A stretch of 64,000 nt of DNA from Marsupella aquatica (taxonomy: Eukaryota; Plantae; Marchantiophyta). Positions 50,801 through 62,719 of this stretch are shown here, piece after piece. The position numbers were made by a program, and so were the translations under genes. The stretch is from contig OZ316896.1 of assembly GCA_973895155.1 (NCBI GenBank), positions 10,489,525 to 10,553,524 on the forward strand, written 5' to 3'. Under the pieces are notes generated by a model. The model did not search any database and was not told where the DNA came from. It worked only from the letters and a program-made list of their open reading frames with translations. Numbering within the stretch: position 1 is the stretch's first letter; each line of letters begins with the position of its first letter.

Positions 50801-53557
50801 CTCACGACTGTCTGCCGATCTGGCTTATTCTTGGCTGATGCAATCTTAGCCAGCAATTTGTTGGTGGCGATTCCCTACACCAAGACAAACCAAGATCAGA
50901 GAAACGGAACCTAAATCCACAATGCGAAGGACAACTTGATCGAAAGTAAATCTATTTTACAGCCGTAAGCCTCCAATTACATCATAATCAGACTATTGTG
51001 AGATAAGAAGGGCTATGTTACATTCACTTCGGTGATAACCATTGCAACCTAGCGCGCGCTGGATATTCTTCAAAACTAGCTCGAATTTCACTTGTACAAC
51101 TGGACGACTGTGAGACTTACCACAGAACAAGTATAGCCTAGTTCATGTCGCACGCTTGCCCGAATCTGGTCAGCAATGATAGCACCTGCTAGCATCCTAC
51201 CTTCACATCTCAGTCCAGTGTTCATAAAATGATTATAAGCTGTACAGTGATCGTCCGAATCAGTTGTAATCCGCTCATCAAAGCAAAATGCCTTCGAAGT
51301 ATTCTCCTCGTGTCAGAAATCAGACATCTACGGTTATTCCAAATCATGTGAAAGTTACAATCGAGATTAAGAACATCGGCCTTAACGTCCTGATTATATA
51401 GTGTTTGAGTGAACATTGCGTACCTACGATCGTATGAATTGAAGGGCACCAAGGGGCCATCTAGTATGACCATAGTAGGAGATCCCTGGTCGTTATTAGC
51501 GAGGAGTCGCTGCAGCTCATGATCCCAGTTCCGGACCTGATTTATCATGTCTTCAACCTATAAAGAAAGAGAATTGGTGTCGTTAGTTTGGACTTTTCTG
51601 GGTATCACAGGGAAGAAAAACAATCAGGCATTCTTAGATTACTCTCACTAAAGGAACACAAAGCACCTCAATTGACCTTTCAACGAACTATGGAGAACTG
51701 AAGACTTGGAGTGGGCTTTTTCTTACTCAGTCAAATGGCAAAGCATATTCACCTTTGCAGTAATGTCCAGGTATGCTTCATCAATGCTTGCTTTCTCATA
51801 TGCATCAGAGAAGCGACGGAATATAGAAAAAACAGATGCTGATGCCTGCATTCCGTTGTCATTTGCAAATTTCACTCTGATAATCATACCTAAGTTCCTC
51901 ATAAACGTCTTTCAGGGTCTGTTCTGGCCATAGATAGATTTACTTTAACACAATAATTAAAACTAGGTAAACACCATATTCTCTGGGGCTAGTTGAGAGG
52001 GTAGGCATGACAGTAGGAAATAATGTAAGCTATAAACAAACTCTTATAGAACACAACAAACCTGCCGATACCGTTCCAAGGAAACTTTCGTTTCAAGTCG
52101 GTTTGGATCATCATTGATTGCACCATCTTCCCCAATGGTTTCGACGTGTACCAACATCAATTCAGGACACTGTATTTCACCAAAGCCAATAACGAAAATT
52201 TCAGCAAGATTGAACTGGCATTCTGGTATTCACGCTAGTGGAGAGAAATTCGGGTTGAAAAACAGAGCTAGTATCCCACAACACAATCTATGCAACTGAG
52301 CTTTTTCTGTGACCTTTTTGAGAGCCTGATCAGCACGTTCATGACGAGTGATTCCAGCTGCACGAGCTGCATAGTTAATGGCAATAAGCCCCCGCCACTG
52401 CTGCACTGCCAATGGTTTCTCCCTGGGTATGCCCAGCCTTACTTGCTCCACCTGATGAATGTCCACCAGGGTCAAAATTCAACTAGCAACGACCTTCTCG
52501 AGCATTCCAGCCCTGTCCAAGCTACCCTAGGATTAATATGAGCAGCCTCAAGGGACAGTGGCATCCACTATTTTTTCTACAGCGGTGAGTATGAGGGACA
52601 ATCTCTCGTTCGAAAGCTACTGAGTTCGCACAGCTGCGGTTCAAGAAGAAGTGTAGGGTCTAGAATTTTAGGAAACAGGGATAAAAAGGGAAATCCGACT
52701 ACTGTACCAGACTCACTCAACCCAGAAGAGTATAGAGAGAGCCTTCAGCTTGGGAGACAAGATTACTTGAATTGAATATGATTGGTCAGACAACTTTAAT
52801 CACAAGAAGGGAAACACCTAATGAAGGTGACGGAGTACAAAAGAGGAAACGAGGGAAAGAGTATACAACAGTGAATCACTCTCCAGGAGGAAAATCCCAT
52901 CAAACCCAGAAATATTCTCGTGTCGGAGATCAATTCTGCTAATTAGGAAACATCTGGGATGTGATTTTCAAACGATCATGCCTACCATTTGTCCCCCGAC
53001 TATTCCTTCGTATAACTCCCTCTGTGTTGTTCTCGTTGTGTTATGAAAGCACAATGAACGAGTTGATCTTCTTTGATCCTGGCTTATTGTCTCGTCCGTC
53101 ATATTTTCATCATTTAGTTCACAATATGGGCATTTAAGAAAGTTTAACTAAGCCTCAATCTCTTAATTCAGATCTCGAAATCCAACTGAATTGGAGGTTC
53201 AAATTCTTGATTATGATGAGAACAGATGAGAAAGTTGAGGAAAGTCATGATCTCTGCCATTACAGCAAAAATCACATTTCCACACCATAAAGATAACCTT
53301 TGTGCGCAAACCTATTGCCTACTATAGGGCAAAGGCATGACTGTTATTAGCCTCCTGAGAGAGTCAACCAAGCATGAATTGGATTTATAAGAAGGCATGC
53401 CGACACATACAGCGGCATAGAAGGCATCGAGGTCGACATGGAGCACCACAGAGCAGTGTGTGACATTATCCATATCCTCACTCGCCAGTCCATTCCCAAC
53501 GCCTGTGTCGTGGTCTGTCATCGTCCCTCCTCCTCCTCCGGCTTCCCCAATCTCCAT
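47827..53557 (-). CDS. Y-family translesion DNA polymerase, Pol eta-like (Rad30/Eso1-type), about 756 aa
   Basis: Twelve exons: 53557-53411, 52451-52314, 52169-52062, 51845-51753, 51557-51424, 51196-51121, 50874-50806, 50554-50474, 50187-50052, 49743-49668, 49264-48751 and 48525-47827 (2271 nt, in frame). Motifs: HVDLDAFYAAVE, PLAVQQW, IAINYAAR, KVSLERYR, ASIDEAYLD, GYTCSVGIATNKLLAK, NKPDRQT, LGGKLG and a C-terminal PIP-like QQSIGKFF. Confidence 0.93.
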
Positions 53558-55404
53558 CCTGTCGATGCTCTACAGCTGTTAATGAATAAAGCAAAGATCT
53601 TACTCCTGCAACCCCGCAGCACCGTCATCTGTCTGCCTTGGCTCCCTCATCATCATTCAGCTGGCTGCAGTCCGTGACTGAGAAAATGGAAATCCAACGA
53701 ATTGATAGACTTGTCTGCTTCCTTCTCCGGGCAATTCAACTTACTGGGTTCCGACCCTGTCCACTCCCTCGCTCTGATAAGAACGCTGATGAGTTGAGAA
53801 GTGAAGACGACAGAGGAAGGTCAAGACGGACATCAAAGCTAAGAGCTTACACCTCAACTTGCCGTTTATACTGCTACTACAATACCTGGGAATCCTGTGG
53901 GCGGTTGTGACATAATCTTCCCGAGTACAATAATCGCCAGGAAATCTCTAAACGAGAATAGAATATCAACCCTCCAAGCTTCGTTCAAACGAGAATTGAG
54001 TCATTCATTGTTCGGGTATACCAAAAATTGTAAAATTACAAAAAAACACATGTAACCCTTTATTCTGAACTAACCCGGATTACGCTTCTTTGAATGTGAG
54101 GAGAGGGGAGTAAAATAAAATGGTCACCAAGATATGTTCCTTATTTGCATTTTTTAAGGTTAATGAAATGATAAAAAATAACAATAAGTGTCATCATTTT
54201 AATAACCATACATAACATACCATACCATGCTCTTGTCTAGTATGCACAGTACTCTTTCTATGCACATATGTTATAGTGGGGCCATAGAGCTTATATTTGA
54301 ATATAAATAGAATTATTGACAAAATGCATGCATAATATCATTTGACATAGATCATAGTTTTCCCATCCCCATGATGAGATATGGAGTTACGGTCTAGAGG
54401 CTTCACTCTAGAAACCTAGGCCCCAACTCTAGTTTGTAGTTGGCGCTTTATAAGTAAGATGGTTAGATATTTTAGATCAATGATCACCTCTAATCTGAAT
54501 CGTTAGATATTTAGATCAATTAAATTTGTAATGTAATCTAATTTTGACTCATTTGAATGACAACTGTAGGGTTGGCATTTTTTGCAATTTTCGGAGTATT
54601 TTGTTGTGAAACATATGTGGGCAGTGTATCGGGCACACCCATATCGGGCAAATCGGTAATTTGACGTAGATTTAATGCTCAGTGGAAGAGAGGGACAGAT
54701 CCAAGCGGAATCCAAAAGGGATGGATCCAAAGCGGGATCTAACCCAATACCAAAATCATGACAAACTTCATTATTTTCTTTAAATCAATGAGTGCACACC
54801 GCATATTACCACATTTTGATGTGTGATTACCGGCACTACCAAGGGACCAAGTGCAAGACAGCACCAGGGAGGCTGGAACCAAAGAGATCGTACTAACCAC
54901 ACATCTAGCTAACTACAGTGGATACATGGGCATAGTAAAACTAAACCTTAGAGTATCTGCAACAGTTTTCCGGTTGCAGGCTGGCATATATCAGAGGTGT
55001 GTTTGAGGCCACTCTTGAATGGCAGGACTTGTCTTGGACACATCCAAAAATTTAGAGCAAATAGTAATATTTAATCATATGAGTTCACTAAGGATCATAT
55101 GAGTTCACTAAGTTTTGGACATGAAGAGAGACATAACCAAGGTTTGCAGCAAATTTGTCTCTCTCATGCGAATTGTTGGTACCATGTTGGTGTGGATGAT
55201 TTACACTGACATGCATGGGCCGTGCATGTACCCTGGAGACTGTTTGAAACGTCTTCCCAGTTGTATTGCTAATTCATTAGCCAAACCACAAATGGAACAA
55301 CTACACTGGTCGTTCCTTTCCAACTGAACGAAAGTTTGAACCTTCTTAGATTTGGGCCCAAAGGACCAACCAGTTTCTTTTAAGGGGAAACTACATAAAA
55401 GAGC

Positions 55405-55610
55405 AAGTCACCAAATGGAATGGACCTTCCTTTTGCAACTTTTTTTGGACATGGTTGGACCCAAATGGAACAGTTATATTGGACCATCTCCCCTTTTCGC
55501 AACTTTTTGGGACATGGTTTGACCCAAATGTAACAATTATATTGGACCATCTCCCGTTTTTGCAACTTTTGCCTTGGATGGAACATCTACATTGGTCTGG
55601 ACCAAAATGA
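55405..55610. repeat. ~63-bp tandem repeat, 3 copies
   Basis: ttt(t/c)gcaactttt...ggacatggtt.gacccaaatg.aaca.ttatattggaccatctccc occurs at ~55431, 55495 and 55558. Confidence 0.85.
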
Positions 55611-56307
55611 AACAATACATTGGGATGGCAAGCTTATCGATTAATTTGTGCCCTCATGACCCAAGTCGACTAAATAGTTGTAACGATCTTTCAGACACCA
55701 AGACCAAGAATCTACAGCTAAGGCAGTTTTTAAGCTGCTGGAAAATTTGCAATCAGGTCGTCTCAAGTCGTCCTATGAATACATTTACGAGAAGGATTTC
55801 TTCGTTTTGTGGCTCATAAAATAACTCCATGCTCTAAGAAGTCTCCTGGCTTTCTTTAAACACGAACACCTTCTGACCACGAGAAACGCAGAATCCACAG
55901 TAGGTGCAAATTTGACTGAGGGAGAGAATTCCTCCCCACCCCGTCTCCAATGGTTGATCCACTGGTAAATTAAATATCATACTGAAACGTCACTGACAAG
56001 AGTGGTAGAATTCAGATGTAGTTCAGCAATTTTGGTTCCCTGAATTGATTGTTATGCTGATAGAAAGACAAACATCGACCCATTTGATAAAGTTGGGATA
56101 CTGATACTGGTCTGATATTTCCAGGGAACTTCTCTTGGGGGAAGTACCTCTAGTAGGTTGTTTCGCCAACTTGTTCTCTGCAAAATCTGATACACTCGAG
56201 TACTCAACCAAAGGACCCTCATTGTTCGCATCTTTTCCTGTAACGCAGAGTTCTGAGCAGCCATGTGCAGGGCCAAGCCGCAGATACTCGCAATGGTTCT
56301 TTCAAAT

Positions 56308-59210
56308 CTAGGGGTGACGAACATGTCTAGAACAAAATTCCTCAATACGGTCCCATGCCACCGCTAGCTGGGGCACCGATAAGGCGAACACAATCCGAAA
56401 CCAGCTGGGGATTCCAAATGCAATACCTGCACGGCAACAGTTGCCTCAAAGTCATATTCTAAGGATGCCACAGCGGGAAAACCTCTATCTAAACAGGTAA
56501 ATTCCTCAAGTCCGGAACCTAACCTACATAGATGAACTCTTTTGCTTGAAAATTTGGTCTTTGCTGTTGGGAAGGAAGATACTTGATCAGCCTGCTTACA
56601 GTCAATTAATACTAGTTCCTACTGATTGTCCCTGTTGCATAGATGTCTCAAAAGTTTTGTGCCATCGTACCTGGCAAGACGAGAACTGATTCTTCTCTGA
56701 AAAGGGCTTGTGTGAACTCTGCATCGGAATTTATGTCTTCGAACATTGCCAAATCAAGTTTCACCTAAACACACGAACACATAATACTCCTGTTACTTGA
56801 TAAATAACAGAATGTCAACTACCAGAAATGAGTTGCTACCATTCTGAGAGAACTATCGTTGAACAATACCGCATGTCACTTTAGCAAATTCGTTGTCACA
56901 TCAACTTCCCAAATTTTCTTGATGATGGCATTGGACATCACACATTCTTCTGTTTTGACCTCTGACGGCAATAAAATCTTCCAGCCTGACAATTTCATTT
57001 CAAACAGAATAGCATCGAACAGCCCTGGATACAGGAAACCTCTCATATGACCCGAGGTCCACAGGCTGGAAGCACTGATGTAGAGAGGTAGGAAATTTAA
57101 AGAATTTCTGTCATACCATCATGAACATTGATCCTTCTGGTCGCGTGGGGACGCTCAGACCCGAAATGTTGCTAGCACGAGTGTAGCAAATATCTGCTCC
57201 TGCCCTGAGATGCTCCCGAGTCTTCTCAAAAACACTCTCCGAGGTGTTTAGCAGTATCTCGGGAAGTGCAGCCTGGACAATTCCAATTAAAAATATATAG
57301 ATAGTTAAAAACAAGCAATATAGTCAGTACGAGTTACACAAGGGCAACAATCAGGTCCAGTTGGTCATTTGGGCGTACCTGTATTGGTGTAGATGGACCA
57401 GATTGTATTTGCATAATGTTCAAAACTGCCTCTGGTATCTGCAGAAGCCATCAAACAAGGATGAGTTGTTCAAGAGCCATCTAATAGCAGATTCGACGCA
57501 GTGGCCTGACTTGCAGATATTAATTGTATCTATTTCTGTTCTTGTAAGAAGGCAGGCAAATAATGGAAGACTTCTCTAAGGGAATCAAAGTCTAGAAAGC
57601 AAAAGAACATAAAGACATAAACCTTGGCTTGTTTTAGTATCTCGTTTGGGTCCCATAGAGCTAACCATCCAAGCCTCCAGCCTGTAGCAAGCCAGCCTTT
57701 GGAGATGCTTCCAATCGAAATCACTGGAGCAATTGCTGAAAACTTCCCCATGCTAACAAACGGAGCTTTACCAAAAGCCATTTTATCATAAACTTCGTCA
57801 GAAATGATGGTCAATTTCAATTCACCTGCAAGAATAGCAATCTGCAAGTAACACACAATCTCATCAAATTTGTGAGAAGGGTCAAGCTCGAGGTAAGGTT
57901 TTCGTCTGTAACAGCTTGCACTTTACAGCCAATAGACTCTGGCAATGGAAACGGAAAAAATGAAAACCTGTCAAACTGTAACAGCTTCATCCAGTCTGCC
58001 CCTCCAGATGACATTTAGTGTGCTAACAAGCGTTTAAGAGAAAGTACAGTCTCGTTGGAGGCTAAAAACGCAAGTGATCGTAACACACCTGAGATAAGTG
58101 CTTCTGACTAAACACTGAGCCAGAAGGATTTCCAGGGTTGCAGACGAGAATGGCGGCTGTATTGTCATCTGCTAAGGCTGCAACTTGCCGAAGGTCTACT
58201 TCCCAGTTGCCATCTTCAACCAGATCATAAAAGCGGGGTTCTACATTGAAGTACCGGCATTGTGCCTCATACAGGGGGAAACCTGGCCTTGGCAGCAATA
58301 TGTTACAACCAGGAAACCGGAAGGCATCAATCGAGATATGAAGCGCTTGATTAGCTCCGGAACACAAAGCCACATCCTGAGGAGAAAGCTTGTGGGATCC
58401 ATCAACAGAGAGATATTCCGCCAGGACCCTGACCATCGATAGCGATACATTAGTGCATGAACCTCACCAGCGTTTTCGTGTCCACTTGGGATACGACCCA
58501 ACAAATCATTTTCTATTGACAATGAGAAAGAATGGATTTTTTATATGAGCGAAATATGGACAGATACAGGCAAGCAGATCATAGCATAAGGTGACATAGC
58601 TCACAGTATTGTGAGAATTTTATTTTTCTTCGACGCTCTGGTATTTAGAGCACACAGCATAGTGGCTTATGAGGAGCGCACCCACATTCGTGATCAATTT
58701 CGCAGGGTCAGCAAATTACATGCGGGTCTCGAGAAGTCCCAAAGACAGTGAGTAACCGTTGTTGTTAGCTTCTTGGATCACCTTAATAAGAGCTGCACAC
58801 GAAGCTTCAGGGACCTTCATGTGAGGTCCGAATCGGACGGGGTCCCCCTGAGCCAAAGAGATGAAATCCTTCCCATTGTCACCCATCTTTTCCAGGTTCT
58901 CCACAATGTGCCTAATTGGATTTCTGAACGTGGCGACATTGGGATTGGATCTAACATTCCACTCCTTCTTGGTCTTTGATTCGGCCGAACGAGGCTTGAC
59001 ATCACCGTTCCATGTAGGCACTGCAGTAGTAGGACTGTGATTGAGTTCAACGCCGTTTAAACTGTCTGCGAGCTGAGTGATCTCGTACTCACAATTGTCG
59101 CCGAGTTTTGCTAATGCAACCGGAGAATGCGTAACACCGTCGATATCGGCTTGGGTCAGGGTACTCGAGCTCTTACAAGAGACTGCAGGGTTGCAGCCGT
59201 TGGGCGACAT
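56308..59210 (-). CDS. TAT: Tyrosine/nicotianamine aminotransferase family (PLP-dependent, class I), about 492 aa
   Basis: Exons 59210-58720, 58428-58089, 57841-57623, 57438-57379, 57272-57117, 56764-56671 and 56426-56308 total 1479 nt, in frame. Motifs: ISLAQGDP, LLPRPGFPLY, VCNPGNPSG, IISDEVY, the PLP lysine in GSISKGWLATGWRLGW, PEGSMFMMV and EESVLVLPG. A probable 5'UTR intron spans ~59905-59222. Confidence 0.93.
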
Positions 59211-60234
59211 TTCTTGTGGCACTGTGGTAAAATTCCGATCGCAACTTTGAGGTGCTCTTCAGGTCCTTAAAATCACTCAGAAAAATTGACTTGACAATCA
59301 GTCTTGAGGTGGGCCAGTTGTCCACTGAGCACTTCCAGACAGCAGATTCATGAGCTGATTCCAAAGCCACGAACGTGGTAGTAATTCGTGCACAAATTAT
59401 TGAGCTGCCGAGTCTCCTGTTCTCCCATTTCGAAGCGCAATAGGGACATCAACATGCGAAGATTTGCGAGCAATCTATCACAGGAAGCTCGAGCTGAAGC
59501 CCTCTTCAATCGCTCACAATAGTCCACACGTACTATTCCGCTCCGTCCAATCAATTACCGTTGTGAGAAACATGCGCCAGTCCATTCCGCATCAAATCCG
59601 GCACTGCCCGGCTTCATCCTGCATGAAGTTCTCGCCCATCAGCTTGAACCAACTCTGTCCTCGCCCGGCCATTACCCGATACCACGGGAGGATAATGGAA
59701 TTGCCCAGCAGAACTGTACGCATACGCGCAAACCTCTTTCAGCGAGTTCCACGTCAAGAGTCTCGGCAGCTCTCCTCGTACGACTCCACGTCGATAGTTT
59801 CAACAGCTCCTTCTCGGTAAGAATTCCACGTAGACACTATGGTCACCTCTAATCTAATCTGAGTCGGTGCTGTGATATCACACTTCACGACTGTAACACA
59901 CCTACCTCCCGGTTCAGTTTCACCCAATCCACCACACTCGCGGTAGGCAGCAAGCAAGCCTGCAAAGTCCCGTCCAACTAATGACGTGAATCAGTCACCC
60001 CACTAACAAACCCAAAAGCTCATTCAGGAAGGACCACGGCTACGGGAAGGACCCAATTACCCAAAATTTGGCCGCGAATGTAGGAAACGAACGGATAAAG
60101 TGCATCAGAACAAATGATTTCCACCATCCGTCCTCCCAATAACCCAATTCAACCATGAAGTTGTTTATTATTACCTGGGCTCTGGCAGGGGGCCACTCCG
60201 CTCTGGCCCACCCTCAATAAGTAACAAGGTTATG

Positions 60235-61500
60235 CTTCGGAGCAGGGTGAAGTTCATGCCTCAAAAACTCCGCAAAGTAAGGGGGGACTCTCTGTAGACA
60301 AATGAGCTCCACAATCACCCACACTCCCTATGTTGGACTCGATTGAGCCCAGTCCCAATCTACAATGTAGGGAAGAATTGAAAGAGCAGGTGCAGCTTTT
60401 CTGCCACACTACTCCACAAGTCAACGAAGGACTCTATAGAGAAATGAACTGTACCATCACCCAGATTCCATAGATTGGGCTAGATTGAGCTCAGATTGTG
60501 CCCAGTCTTAATGTAGGACGCAGGCTAAGAATTGACAGAGCAGGCGAAGTTTCTCAGTAGATTACTGAAATTTTGAGTTCGGGTGAATCTCCGTAGAAAA
60601 GGGAAGCGAACTCTACCATCACTCACAGTCCGTACTGTACAGTAGATTGACCCTAGGCGGAGCCCGCTTCGAATCTACGAAGCAGGGAGAACATGGCAAG
60701 AGCGGGTGGGGCTTTCTGCAGATTACGCCAAAAGTAGAAGGGAACTCTATTGCAGTACTCTACAATTACTGAACTTCGCTAGATGAGCTACGAAGCAGGG
60801 AAGTTTTCCTGCGCCACAACTCCACAAGTAGGACAAGAATCTCTGTTAAGAAAAGCTAACTCTAGCTTCACACAGATTCCCTAGATTGAGCACAGATTGA
60901 GCACAGTCCTAATCTAGGACGCAACTTAAAACTTGAAAGAGCACGTGACGTGTTCCTGCGCCACAGTCAGTAAGCAGGACAAGAATGTCTGTTAAGTAAG
61001 ATTCTACCCATCACCAACATTCCCTAGATTGAGCCCAGTCCGAATCTATGACTCAGGGTTTTAATTGAATGTGCAGATGAAGTTTTTCTACGCCACAAAT
61101 ACACTTGGAAAGAGCAAAGTAACATCACTCATATCCCCTTAGATTGAGCGTAGATGGAACCCCGTTCAAATATGCGAAGCAGGGTGAAGCTCTACTGCAC
61201 AACAAGTAGTACAAGAATTTCTGTACAGAAGCCAATTCTCTTTCGGTACAACACTAACCTTCGAGCTACGAAGCAAGTGACAAGCAAGAATCTCTTGGTA
61301 GAGAAGCGAACTCTGTTACTCTACCATCTTTGGCCTTCACTCGTTTGAGCCTGGACTGATGGAGCCCACTTCAGAGATACGAAGCATGGGAAGAATTGAA
61401 GGAGCACGTGAAGCTTTCCTGAGCTAGAAGTGGGTGAAGAGTCGGTCTGGAGAACTGGACTGCATGGATGGGGCCTCATAAGCTAGAATGAGCCCAGTGT
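60235..61500. repeat. Degenerate ~140-160-bp tandem array upstream of the aminotransferase gene (about 8 units)
   Basis: The blocks gaagcagggtgaag, gccacaactccacaag, aactctaccatcac and tagattgagcccagtcc recur. The gattgagc anchor appears at ~60341, 60483, 60884, 61027 and 61142. Confidence 0.8.
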
Positions 61501-62195
61501 GAGTCATTGAGCACCGTCTTGAACTCTTGGTCCCCCTGTTTGAAGTACAAGTTGTCCTGTTGTCCGTCCAAAAGGGGTCAAATGTTGCATATTCGCCTAT
61601 ATTCCCCGACCGATCCCAAACTCTCCCAAACCCCTCCTGGCCCAGTCCCAGACTCCCCCGGACTCCCCCGGTTTAGCAAGCCTGCCCCCTGGTTCGGGAT
61701 AGGGGCCAGGCAGGGTCGGGGGGTAGGGTAAGGTCAGGGTCGGGCCAGGCCAGTCGGGGCGGGCTGGGTCGGGGTGGGGTGGGGGCCGGGGCCGGGACAA
61801 CCGGGTGTGACACATGTTGGATGTCGGGGTCCAGACCCCTCATTTGTCAGACAAGTGCAAACCGGGCTTGGTCCTACTTCATCAGAGTCAGCCACCAGAG
61901 GCAGCACCGAAGGGCCTTGTGTGTCTCAGGTGGACTGTTAGTTAGAGCATTCCCACCCATATGCTCCATTTACGAAGGCTGTCAGGAGGGGCCGATGAGC
62001 ACAATAGTATTTCCTGTCACTAACCTCCTAGCAAAAAGTTAAACCACACCTGCCACTATAAAAGCCTCATTCCATGTCTCACTACTCACCATAAAAGGTG
62101 GAACACTAGCACATTTTGTGGAGTAGTTGCCAAAAAAAGGTTTTGCAGTCAGCACCTTTTGTGGAGCTCAAAGCCAATTTCTGAACTTGTACTCC

Positions 62196-62226
62196 TTAGA
62201 ATGAAAGCTACGGGCTACCCGTAGCC
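62196..62226 (-). other. Possible Helitron 3' terminus (GC hairpin followed by CTRR)
   Basis: The perfect 8-bp hairpin gctacggg-cta-cccgtagc is followed on the - strand, about 7 nt later, by CTAA. I did not identify a 5' end. Confidence 0.3.
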
Positions 62227-62558
62227 CTTTATAGGGACAGGTGTGGTTTAAGGACTATGAATCCATAACCCATAAGGAATAAGAATATGAATACACAACA
62301 CATAACTAGGGAGATAAGGTCCATCAAATTGTCAACTTTGAAGATGTACTATGTCACACCATACCATGAAGAACCCAATTATTTTGTTTTAAACCAGTGA
62401 AATTCATAGTACACATTATATAGTCACGTTTTGATGTGCAATCATTAGGACTTCACTAAACTGGGCAGGTAGGGTTCTCTACTCATACCACTAAACTGGG
62501 CGGGTAAGGTTCCCTACTCATACCACTAAATTGGAGCACTTGAAGCTCAAGCCTGGTA

Positions 62559-62680
62559 TTGTGTAAGGTGACCCATCCCCAAGAGGGGGAAGTGGGATGT
62601 AATCCCAAAGGGTGCTGAGCCTGAGGGAATTATAGCCATTATCTCCAAGTGGGGATGATTTACCGACCTAAAGCCTGTGA
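62559..62680 (+). repeat. Dispersed repeat family E, homologous to the insert at ~15706-15840
   Basis: Both copies read tgtgta.ggt.acc.atcccc.agaggggg...gggatgtaatccca.agggtg.tgag...ttata.ccattatct.caagtgggga. Confidence 0.75.
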
Positions 62681-62719
62681 ATTTTATGTATCATTCAGTT
62701 CAGTTTTACACTGGAAAAG

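Noticed and set aside
55380-55615. ORFs with 21-aa repeats
   Set aside because: They derive from the 63-bp tandem repeat.
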